Shown here piece by piece: positions 47,634 through 56,209 of a DNA stretch of 64,000 nucleotides (within the stretch, counting starts at the first letter, position 1; each line of letters starts with the position of its first letter). The stretch is taken from NCBI GenBank assembly GCA_017405445.1, contig JAFRAK010000007.1, positions 28,321-92,320 of the forward strand. Reading direction: 5' to 3'. The DNA is from Bacilli bacterium (lineage in GTDB: Bacteria; Bacillota_I; Bacilli_A; RF39; UBA660). Position numbers and translations under genes: made by a program. The notes beneath the pieces are model-generated. The model did not search any database, was not told where the DNA came from, and worked only from the letters and a program-made list of their open reading frames with translations.

Positions 47634-48479
47634 ATGTTAAAGGTATTAGTAGAAAATGCTCAAAAAGACAATTTATCATTTGATGCTGATGGTCTTATTT
47701 TACCTTTAAAAGACTATGCAGTTGAGTCAATTGAGACCTTTTCTTTAGATGAGATTAAGAATATTAGGGACACTTATACAAAGGAGATTTTCATTAAAAT
47801 CAATAAAAATTTAATGAACGAAGATATTGAAAAGGTTAAAAGTATATTATTGGAATTAGAAAAGTTAAATATTACTGGGATAATGTTTTATGATTTGGCT
47901 ATTCTACAATTAAAAAAAGAATTAAATTTAAAATTAGATTTAGTTTGGAATCAAACTCATATGGTGAATAATTATAAGACTTGTGATTATTATTATGATA
48001 AAGGAGTAAAATATGCTTATCTTGGTAAAGAGATTACATTAGAAGAGATAATTGAAATTATCAAGAAGAGTAAAATAACTTCAATAGTAGAAGTAATCTC
48101 AAGACCTAGTGTTGGTTTTAGTAAAAGAAAACTAGTAACAAACTATTATAAAGATTTAGAAAAAAAAGCTACTTCTAGTTTACTGGTAAAAGAAAAAGTT
48201 ACTGGAGAATTCTATGATGTTGTGGAAGATTCTAATGGTACTTGCTTTTACTTAGATAAAATTGTAAATGGGACATCTATTATTGAAGAGTTATTTGAAA
48301 AGGATTGTCGCTATATTGTATTAAAAGAATATGGAATTGATTCTTTTAATGAGTTAGTTACTGATACTATTCATTATATTCAAGGAGAATGTAAAGATAA
48401 TAGTTATTTAGAAAAATATAAGAAGTTAGGGGATAGTACAAATTTCTTTTTTAAGAAAACTATTTATAAGGTGAAATAG
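47634..48479 (+). CDS. Peptidase U32 family protein (YrrN-like)
   Basis: Position and size relative to the adjacent U32 gene. GAGGAGGGG RBS. Family call partly by synteny. Confidence 0.55.
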   Translation: MLKVLVENAQKDNLSFDADGLILPLKDYAVESIETFSLDEIKNIRDTYTKEIFIKINKNLMNEDIEKVKSILLELEKLNITGIMFYDLAILQLKKELNLKLDLVWNQTHMVNNYKTCDYYYDKGVKYAYLGKEITLEEIIEIIKKSKITSIVEVISRPSVGFSKRKLVTNYYKDLEKKATSSLLVKEKVTGEFYDVVEDSNGTCFYLDKIVNGTSIIEELFEKDCRYIVLKEYGIDSFNELVTDTIHYIQGECKDNSYLEKYKKLGDSTNFFFKKTIYKVK

Positions 48480-49685
48480 ATGAAAAGAATAGAATTGTTA
48501 TCTCCTGCAGGAGACTTAGAAAGATTAAAAGTAACTCTTTTATATGGAGCAGATGCAGTTTATATTGGTGGAGAAAAATATAGTTTAAGAGCGAATGCTA
48601 ATAACTTTTCTATTGATGAAATTAGAGAAGGATGTAGTTTTGCACATAAACTTGGAAAAAGAGTTCATCTAACATTAAATATAGTTTTTCATAATGAAGA
48701 TATGGATGGAGTAGAAGAATATATTAAAGAAGTAGTAGATGCAGGAATTGATGCATTTATTGTAAGTGACCCATTTATTATTTCTCATATTAAGAATAAT
48801 TATCCAAATGTGGAAGTACATTTATCTACTCAAAATTCTACAAGTAACTATGAAGCAATAAAGTTTTTTGAATCTGAAGGAGTCGATAGAGTAGTACTAG
48901 CTAGAGAAGTTTCAAAAAAAGAAATGAAAGAAATCATTGATAAAGTAAATACTGATATTGAAGTGTTTATTCATGGGGCAATGTGTACTTGTTTCAGTGG
49001 ACGTTGTGCCTTATCAAATTATGTAACTAATCGTGATGCCAATAGAGGTGGTTGTGCTCAAGTATGTCGTTTTTCTTTTGAAAACGAAGGAGAAAAAGAT
49101 TTTACTTTCGCAACGAAAGACTTAAATATGGCAAATTATATTAAAGATTTAATTGAGATTGGTGTTACTAGTCTAAAAGTAGAAGGAAGAATGAGATCCT
49201 TATACTATCTCGCAACAGTAATTGGTACTTATCGTTCCATTATTGATGATTATTATAATAATACATTAACATCAGAGAAAATGAAGATATATCAAAAAAG
49301 ATTGGATCGAGTAGCTAATCGTGAAACATCTACTCATTTCTTCTTAAAAGAAGCAGATGAAACAGATCAATATTATACTGGTAGACAAGAATTATCAAAT
49401 CAAGATTATTTAGGTCAAGTAATAGAGTATAATAAAAAAGAGAATTTAATAAAATTCTATGAAAGAAATTATTTTGAAGTAGGAGATACAGTAGAATTGT
49501 TTACTCCTAATCAAGATCATATTGAATTTGTAGTAGAAGAATTATTTGATGAAGAATTAAATCCTGTCGATGTTGCGAGACATCCAGATAGTATTTATTA
49601 TTTAAGATTAAAAACGAATAAAGAGGTTGTTGAATATTCAATGATAAAGGTGGCACGAAGAAAAAATGAAAACAAAAGCATATAG
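48480..49685 (+). CDS. Peptidase U32 family (collagenase-like, YrrO/RlhA-like)
   Basis: IELLSPAGDLERLKVTLLYGADAVYIGG...E.GVDRVVLAREVS conserved U32 N-terminus. Cys cluster CTCFSGRC. Confidence 0.8.
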   Translation: MKRIELLSPAGDLERLKVTLLYGADAVYIGGEKYSLRANANNFSIDEIREGCSFAHKLGKRVHLTLNIVFHNEDMDGVEEYIKEVVDAGIDAFIVSDPFIISHIKNNYPNVEVHLSTQNSTSNYEAIKFFESEGVDRVVLAREVSKKEMKEIIDKVNTDIEVFIHGAMCTCFSGRCALSNYVTNRDANRGGCAQVCRFSFENEGEKDFTFATKDLNMANYIKDLIEIGVTSLKVEGRMRSLYYLATVIGTYRSIIDDYYNNTLTSEKMKIYQKRLDRVANRETSTHFFLKEADETDQYYTGRQELSNQDYLGQVIEYNKKENLIKFYERNYFEVGDTVELFTPNQDHIEFVVEELFDEELNPVDVARHPDSIYYLRLKTNKEVVEYSMIKVARRKNENKSI

Positions 49686-50070
49686 AGTTCCTCTATACGA
49701 GGTTGGATATAATAATTTAAGTTTAGGAAAATTAACTTTTATTGATTACATTATTGTAAAAAAGAATTTTTCTACAATTCATGAAATAATAACAGACTAT
49801 GATGAAATAGATATAATCCATCATTATTTTCTAAAACATGGTAATTTAGATTTTGTTAGTCGTAAACCAATTAAAGCAAAAGAAATAGGGCATCATTTAG
49901 TAGTATTTACAGAAGATTTAATTGAAGATAACAGAATTCGAGAAGAAGATATTGAAAAATATGTTTCTGAATATGAGACTTCAAGATGGAATCAAATATA
50001 TCAAGACTTACATATACTTACAAAAGAAGAAAAAAAAGATATTAAAAAAAGAGAATACTCTAGGTTTTAA
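49666..50070 (+). CDS. Hypothetical protein (134 aa)
   Basis: ORF overlapping previous gene end by 20 nt. Confidence 0.45.
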   Translation: MKTKAYRVPLYEVGYNNLSLGKLTFIDYIIVKKNFSTIHEIITDYDEIDIIHHYFLKHGNLDFVSRKPIKAKEIGHHLVVFTEDLIEDNRIREEDIEKYVSEYETSRWNQIYQDLHILTKEEKKDIKKREYSRF

Positions 50071-50090
50071 TAATTATAAGGAGAGATTAT

Positions 50091-51209
50091 ATGAATAGTT
50101 TGGAAGAAGCAAAAAACAACTTTCTAAAGAAAGAAGATAATCTAAGTGAATTTGCTACAAAAAGTAGTGAAGCATTTCGTCTAAAAGAGGAGAAAGAAGA
50201 TTTTCGACCTCCATTCTTTCATGATAGCGATCGTATTATTCATTCTCTAAGTTATACAAGATATATGGATAAAACTCAAGTATTTACAAGAGAAGAAAAT
50301 GATCATATAAGTAAAAGAATTACTCATGTACAATTTGTGAGTAAAGTAGCCCGTACGATTGGAAGAGCATTAAATCTAAATGAAGACTTAATTGAAGCAA
50401 TTGCCTTGGGTCATGATATTGGACATACTCCACTAGGACATGAAGGAGAATATTTACTAAATGAAATCTCTTTAAGAGAACTTAATGAGTATTTTGCACA
50501 TAATATACAAAGTGTAAGACACTTAACATATGTAGAAAAAAACGGAGAAGGATTAAATCTAAATGTTCAAGTACTTGATGGAATTATGTGTCATAATGGA
50601 GAAATGGTAGAATCTATTTATACTCCAGTTAAGAAAACGAAAGAAGAATTTATAAAAGAGTATGAAGATTCATATAAAAATATTAAAAAATCAAATAAAA
50701 ACCATCCTATGACGCTAGAAGGTTGTGTTGTGCGTATCTGTGATATTATTGGTTATATTGGAAGAGATATTGAAGATGCAATTGTAATTGGAAAGATTAA
50801 AAGAGAAGAGATTCCAGAAAATATTGTAAAAGTACTAGGATGTACAAATAAAGAAATTATTAATACGATTGTTTTAGATATTATTAATAATAGTATGAAT
50901 AAACCATATATTAAATTAAGTGATGATGTTTTTAAAGCAATATTTGATTTAAAGAAATTTAATTATGAAAATATTTATAGTAAGAGCTTATCTGATGAAG
51001 TAAAAGAGTACTACCGAAAAGGTATGAATAAGATATACTCGAGATATTTAAAAGATATTGAAGAAGATAATCACGAAAGTATTATTTTTAAAACATTTTT
51101 AGATAGTCAAATTGATGAATATTTAGTAAATACCAACAATAAAAGAAAAGTTGTAGACTTTATTGCTGGAATGACCGATGAATTCTTTTTAAGAGAAATT
51201 GAGAAATAA
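50091..51209 (+). CDS. HD-domain dGTP triphosphohydrolase-like protein
   Basis: HVQFVSKVAR...LGHDIGHTPLGHEGE HD motif. Confidence 0.8.
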   Translation: MNSLEEAKNNFLKKEDNLSEFATKSSEAFRLKEEKEDFRPPFFHDSDRIIHSLSYTRYMDKTQVFTREENDHISKRITHVQFVSKVARTIGRALNLNEDLIEAIALGHDIGHTPLGHEGEYLLNEISLRELNEYFAHNIQSVRHLTYVEKNGEGLNLNVQVLDGIMCHNGEMVESIYTPVKKTKEEFIKEYEDSYKNIKKSNKNHPMTLEGCVVRICDIIGYIGRDIEDAIVIGKIKREEIPENIVKVLGCTNKEIINTIVLDIINNSMNKPYIKLSDDVFKAIFDLKKFNYENIYSKSLSDEVKEYYRKGMNKIYSRYLKDIEEDNHESIIFKTFLDSQIDEYLVNTNNKRKVVDFIAGMTDEFFLREIEK

Positions 51210-51378
51210 TATTGATTATCATATACTTTTATGATATAATTATGAAATCTTGATGAGTTTATTGACATCTAAAAAAATGTGAAAACGAGTATTGTATTTA
51301 AGAAAAAAATATGATACAATCTAGCATGTTAAGTCAATGAAGACATATACTTAAAAATAAAATTCTGAGGTGATAAAA

Positions 51379-51849
51379 ATGGGAAATAAAAATACAGTTT
51401 ATTTAACACAACAAGGATTAGATGATTTAAAGAAAGAATTGGATGAATTAATTAATGTACGTCGTCCTGAAAATATACAAGCAATTAAGGAAGCACGCTC
51501 TTTAGGAGATCTTTCTGAAAATGCAGAATATGATGCTGCAAGAAATGAACAAGCTCAAATTGAAGGAAGAATTAAACAATTAGAAAAAATGTTAGAGAAT
51601 GTTTCTATTATTGCAGATGTAACAACTGATACAGTAGGAATTGGAAATACAGTTTCAATTAAATATGTAGATGATGATGAAGAAGACGAATATAAAATCG
51701 TTGGAAGTCAAGAAGCAGATCCATTTGAAAGTAAAATTTCTAATGAGAGTCCTATTGCTCAAGCTTTATTTGATCATAAAGTAGGAGACATTGTAACAGT
51801 AGAAAGTCCTAATGGAAGTTACGAAGTAGAAATTATTGAAATAAAATAA
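51379..51849 (+). CDS. greA: Transcription elongation factor GreA
   Basis: LTQQGLDDLKKELDEL...GDLSENAEYDAARNEQAQIEGRI coiled-coil plus FKBP-like C-terminus. Confidence 0.9.
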   Translation: MGNKNTVYLTQQGLDDLKKELDELINVRRPENIQAIKEARSLGDLSENAEYDAARNEQAQIEGRIKQLEKMLENVSIIADVTTDTVGIGNTVSIKYVDDDEEDEYKIVGSQEADPFESKISNESPIAQALFDHKVGDIVTVESPNGSYEVEIIEIK

Positions 51850-51875
51850 GGAAACCGAAAGGTTTCTTTTTTTTA
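51850..51875 (+). terminator. Rho-independent terminator
   Basis: GAAACCgaaaGGTTTC followed by T8. Confidence 0.75.
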
Positions 51876-51981
51876 GACAAAATTTATTTTTTTTAAATTG
51901 GTGTATTTGTTTTATTTTTTTGTTTGAAACTCTTTTAAAATTTGAAATATTAGTTTATACTTATGATGGAGAATAAGGAGA

Positions 51982-53544
51982 GTGGATAGTATGATTATAC
52001 GTAAACCATATGCATTCTTAATTAAAAATTTTCGTAAAATTCATATTGTATTACTAATCGTAGGACTTTTCTTGTTCTATAAAACAATTGATGTTGCGAG
52101 ATTTGTAAATGATTTTATGAGTTTTGGAGTATATGACGCCTATGTAAATCCTATTTCAAAGCATATTACATTCTTAATGCGTTTTTTAATTTTTTTAATG
52201 ATTGTAGGAAGTGCATCTTTAGGATTGGTTTTAAGACACAAACATAAACCATGGAAAGAATACATATTTCCAACTGCATTGTATTTATTATTATTTTTTA
52301 CAGTAGGAATGATTAAGAGTTTCTTTAATAGCTACACAGAATTAGTAGATACTGCCAATCTTCGATTATCTAGAGATTTACTATTAATATTTTTGTTTGC
52401 ACAACTACCGGCTTTAGTAATCTTTATTGCGAGAGTACTTGGTTTTGATATGAAGAGATTTCATTTTAATCTAGATTTGGAGCAACTAGAATTAAGTGAA
52501 GAAGACCGAGAAGAAATAGAAATTGGATTAAAAATTGATAAGTATACTTTTGTAAGATGGTGGAGAAAGTTTAAACGTAATTTAGGTTATTTTTATAAAG
52601 AACATAAAAAACTAAGTATTCTAGTACTTGGTGTTTTAGCGTTTTTATTACTAAGAAATATCTATATTACAGTATTTGTTTATAATCGTTCTTATAAACA
52701 AGGACAATTATATAGTTTTAATGGATATACAATTACTGTAAAGAATTCCTATTATACAGATAAAGATCATAAAGGACAAATTATTAGTAATGATAGTAAC
52801 TTTGTAATTGTAGAAATGGAAGTTAAAAATAATCATCGTGCTAGAACGATTGATACTTCTAAATTTCATTTAAAAGCCGGGACAAAAGATTTTACTACGA
52901 CAGAAACAACTTATGCCTCTGAATTTGAAGATTTTGGAAAATGTTATAGTAAAGTAAGACATCTTCAAAAAGATGAAACACTAAATTTTATAATCGTTTA
53001 CAAAGTAAATAAAAATATCAGAAAAGGAAGATTTGTCTTATTCTATCAAGAAGATACTGGTATTTTTAAACTTAGAAAAATCAAACTAAAAGTAAAAGAT
53101 TTAAGGAGAATGGAAAAAGCTAGAACTTTGAAATTAGGAGATTCCTTTGCTTTAGATATTAAAGATAAAGAAGATACAATTAGTTTTGATTCTTATGAAA
53201 TCCTTTCAAGTGTAGATTATAAAATGAATAAATGTACAACAACAGAATGCAACATTATAACAGAAACTTATTATGCTCCAGAAGGATATAAAATTCTAAA
53301 ATTAGAGTTTTCATCAGACGACCTAGAAGCCAAAAACGTCATTGACTTTTTGCTCAAGTATGGTACAATTGATTATAAGGATACTAAGAATGAGGATGCA
53401 AGTATGGACATGACAATAGCCGTAGATAAAAACTACTTCGGTAAAGATGTTTATATCAAGATTCCACAAGAAGTAGAAGCATCTGAAAAGATAGATTTCC
53501 ATTTTGTTATTCGCGATGACGTAATAATCTATCAATTGATATAG
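51982..53544 (+). CDS. Polytopic membrane protein (about 6 TM in N-terminal 230 aa) with extracellular beta-rich C-terminal domain
   Basis: Hydrophobic helices then soluble domain. First gene of the pilus-like locus. Function unknown. Confidence 0.55.
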   Translation: MDSMIIRKPYAFLIKNFRKIHIVLLIVGLFLFYKTIDVARFVNDFMSFGVYDAYVNPISKHITFLMRFLIFLMIVGSASLGLVLRHKHKPWKEYIFPTALYLLLFFTVGMIKSFFNSYTELVDTANLRLSRDLLLIFLFAQLPALVIFIARVLGFDMKRFHFNLDLEQLELSEEDREEIEIGLKIDKYTFVRWWRKFKRNLGYFYKEHKKLSILVLGVLAFLLLRNIYITVFVYNRSYKQGQLYSFNGYTITVKNSYYTDKDHKGQIISNDSNFVIVEMEVKNNHRARTIDTSKFHLKAGTKDFTTTETTYASEFEDFGKCYSKVRHLQKDETLNFIIVYKVNKNIRKGRFVLFYQEDTGIFKLRKIKLKVKDLRRMEKARTLKLGDSFALDIKDKEDTISFDSYEILSSVDYKMNKCTTTECNIITETYYAPEGYKILKLEFSSDDLEAKNVIDFLLKYGTIDYKDTKNEDASMDMTIAVDKNYFGKDVYIKIPQEVEASEKIDFHFVIRDDVIIYQLI

Positions 53545-53552
53545 GAGGAATT

Positions 53553-55364
53553 ATGCAAGATAAGTTTAGAGCATTAAAATTAATTCTTGTATTAGTAATT
53601 GTCGGCATCTTTGTATGGTTCTTAGTATTATCTCCTATGATAACTTTCCAAAGAAATGAAAAAATAATGGAAGATGCAGCAAGAAGATATTTCGAACTAA
53701 ACAGTGATGAACTGCCTACCGGAGAAAGAGTAAAAACTCTTTCTTTAAGTGTTTTATTTAAGAAGTCTTATATTAAACAAGACTTTTATGCACCAATTTC
53801 AAACAAAGCATGTTCTGTAGAAAACAGCTGGGTAAAAGTTAAACAAGAAAATGGGAAGTATCGTTACTATGTGTATCTTGACTGTGGAACTTTTACATCT
53901 AATGTTGATCATAAAGGACCAGTCATTAAATTAAATGGAAAAGAAGAAATGTCAGTAAACATAGGAGAAGAATTCACAGATCCTGGAGTAGATAGTGTAG
54001 TAGATGAACATGATGGAGTTATGGATGCATCAAATGTTACTGTAAAAGGAGAAGTTGATACTTCAAAAGTTGGAACATATGAAATTAATTATTCTGCTTC
54101 TGATAATTTTAATAATAAATCAACAGTTACTAGAGTAGTAAAAGTTGTGAAAGTATTAAGCAGTGTTATTTCTAAAGAACTAAACGGAGAAACAAATTTT
54201 AAAGGAAATCCAACAAATAACTACATTAGATTATCAAATATGTATTTCCGCGTACTTGGTTTAGATGAAAATAATAATATTATCATGGTTGCGGAAGAAG
54301 ATGCTGCGAATGTTTCATATGATAAATTAGAAAAATGGCTTGATGAAGTATATATTCCTCATTTTACAAAAAAAGCACAGAAATTATTAGTAAAAACAAA
54401 ATACTGTAATATGGCAGTTCCAGAAAATGAAATTGATTCAGTTTCTCAATGTACAGAATATACAGATCAAAGATATGCCTATGTACCATCAGTTCTAGAT
54501 ATTAATAGTACACAATTAGATAATAATAATTTCTTAAAACCAGTTACAATATCATGGACTGCGAATAATAAAGATGACAAAGAAGCATATGTCATAAGAA
54601 ATGTTTTCTTTGGAAATGAATATGGAAAAAATTATATTACAGTAAATTCTACATATAATTATGGAGTTAGACCAAAATTAGTAATGAAAGGGGATGCTCT
54701 TGTTACAGATGGAGATGGTACTCACGATAATCCATTTGTATTTGGAGAAACAAAGCCTGCTAAGGGAGGAACATTACTGAATAAACGTTTCACTGGAGAA
54801 TATATTACAATTAATGGATTTGAATGGAGAATAATAGAAACTCTTCCAGATGGAACAACAAAAGTAATAAGTGATGATACTTTAGGTACAGATAATGAAA
54901 GACCTACAACATATTCCAATCCTGAAAAATCGACAATTGTTTATGATCCAGAAGATAAAGAAAGCTATGCTTACTTTATAAAAAATAAATCTAGTAAATT
55001 TATTGATACAAAATTATTAATCAAACATGAAGTAGAGATACCAGTTTATAAAAATGAAATCAGATATAAAGAGGAGACAAAAATAAAAACTTATAAATTA
55101 AAAGTATCTCCTCCAAATATGTTTGATATGTTTAGTGCTCAATCAAATACTAGAGAAGGAAAAAAATCACATTCTTATTGGTTAAGCAATACTTCTAACT
55201 CAAAAGATAGAATTGCAGGAGTAATTTCAGATATCGGTGTAGTATTAAATGAACCAATTCAAAAATATGGAATGTATGGAATAAGAGCAGTTGGTTATGT
55301 AAAAAGTGATACGGTTATTACAAGTGGAAAAGGAACAAATCTCTCTCCATATAAGTTAAAATAG
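53553..55364 (+). CDS. N-terminally anchored extracellular protein with DUF5011-type Ig-like domain and two copies of the GVRP...GDG..NP[FY] C-terminal module
   Basis: HKGPVIKLNGKEEMSVNIGEEFTDPGVDSVVDEHDGVMDASNVTVKGEVDTSKVGTYEINYSASDNFNNKSTVTRVVKV fits the DUF5011 pattern. Confidence 0.6.
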   Translation: MQDKFRALKLILVLVIVGIFVWFLVLSPMITFQRNEKIMEDAARRYFELNSDELPTGERVKTLSLSVLFKKSYIKQDFYAPISNKACSVENSWVKVKQENGKYRYYVYLDCGTFTSNVDHKGPVIKLNGKEEMSVNIGEEFTDPGVDSVVDEHDGVMDASNVTVKGEVDTSKVGTYEINYSASDNFNNKSTVTRVVKVVKVLSSVISKELNGETNFKGNPTNNYIRLSNMYFRVLGLDENNNIIMVAEEDAANVSYDKLEKWLDEVYIPHFTKKAQKLLVKTKYCNMAVPENEIDSVSQCTEYTDQRYAYVPSVLDINSTQLDNNNFLKPVTISWTANNKDDKEAYVIRNVFFGNEYGKNYITVNSTYNYGVRPKLVMKGDALVTDGDGTHDNPFVFGETKPAKGGTLLNKRFTGEYITINGFEWRIIETLPDGTTKVISDDTLGTDNERPTTYSNPEKSTIVYDPEDKESYAYFIKNKSSKFIDTKLLIKHEVEIPVYKNEIRYKEETKIKTYKLKVSPPNMFDMFSAQSNTREGKKSHSYWLSNTSNSKDRIAGVISDIGVVLNEPIQKYGMYGIRAVGYVKSDTVITSGKGTNLSPYKLK

Positions 55365-55378
55365 AAAGGAAATGTATT

Positions 55379-56209
55379 ATGAGTGGTAGAAAAAAAGTTT
55401 TATCAGAAAAGTTAAAAAGGTATAATGTGATTTTACTGGTACTGTTAGGTATTCTAATTGTAGGACTAACAATAATGTTAGGCGTAAAACTATTTTATAA
55501 TGATAGTTATTATCGAACAGTAAGTAGAAAAGAGAATATTAAAAAGTCTCAAAAACTAGATACAAATGATTATTCGACAATAGGATGGATTAGAGTACAA
55601 GGAACCAATATTGATTATCCATTATATGGTGTTGTACAAGATACCTTTAAATATCCAGTTACAGAATCCTATCTATGGTCTCTAAATATGGATAAAGACT
55701 ATCACAATGTAATGATAACATATGGACATAACATTATGAATTTAGGAGCTAATCCAAGTAGGAAAGATGAAACATTTACAAGAATGGAAGAATTAATGTC
55801 TTATGTTTATTATGATTTTGCGAAAGAAAATAAATATCTTCAATTAAGTATGAATGATAAAGATTATTTATATAAAATATTTGCAGTAAACTTTATGTAT
55901 GTTGCAGATTTAAATGAATATCCAGAAGGAGAATTTAAACAAGAAGAAAGAAATAAATATGTTGACAGATTATTAAAAGAATCTATTTACGACTATGATG
56001 TTAATATTCAAGATGATGATAACATCTTATCAGTAGTAACCTGTTCAAGATTCTTCGATGATGGAAAAAATTATGATTTCATAGTAACTGGTAGACTTGT
56101 AAGACCAGGAGAAAAAATAGATAATTATAAAGTTAGTAGAAATAAAAACTATACAGTTGTTGATGAAGCCATGAAAGGGGAGATAAACAATGAAGAAGAA
56201 ATTGCTTAA
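55379..56209 (+). CDS. srtB: Class B sortase
   Basis: Alignable to S. aureus SrtB: IGWIRVQGTNIDYPLYG, ITYGHN (His), LSVVTCS (Cys), VTGRLVR (Arg). N-terminal TM. Confidence 0.75.
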   Translation: MSGRKKVLSEKLKRYNVILLVLLGILIVGLTIMLGVKLFYNDSYYRTVSRKENIKKSQKLDTNDYSTIGWIRVQGTNIDYPLYGVVQDTFKYPVTESYLWSLNMDKDYHNVMITYGHNIMNLGANPSRKDETFTRMEELMSYVYYDFAKENKYLQLSMNDKDYLYKIFAVNFMYVADLNEYPEGEFKQEERNKYVDRLLKESIYDYDVNIQDDDNILSVVTCSRFFDDGKNYDFIVTGRLVRPGEKIDNYKVSRNKNYTVVDEAMKGEINNEEEIA

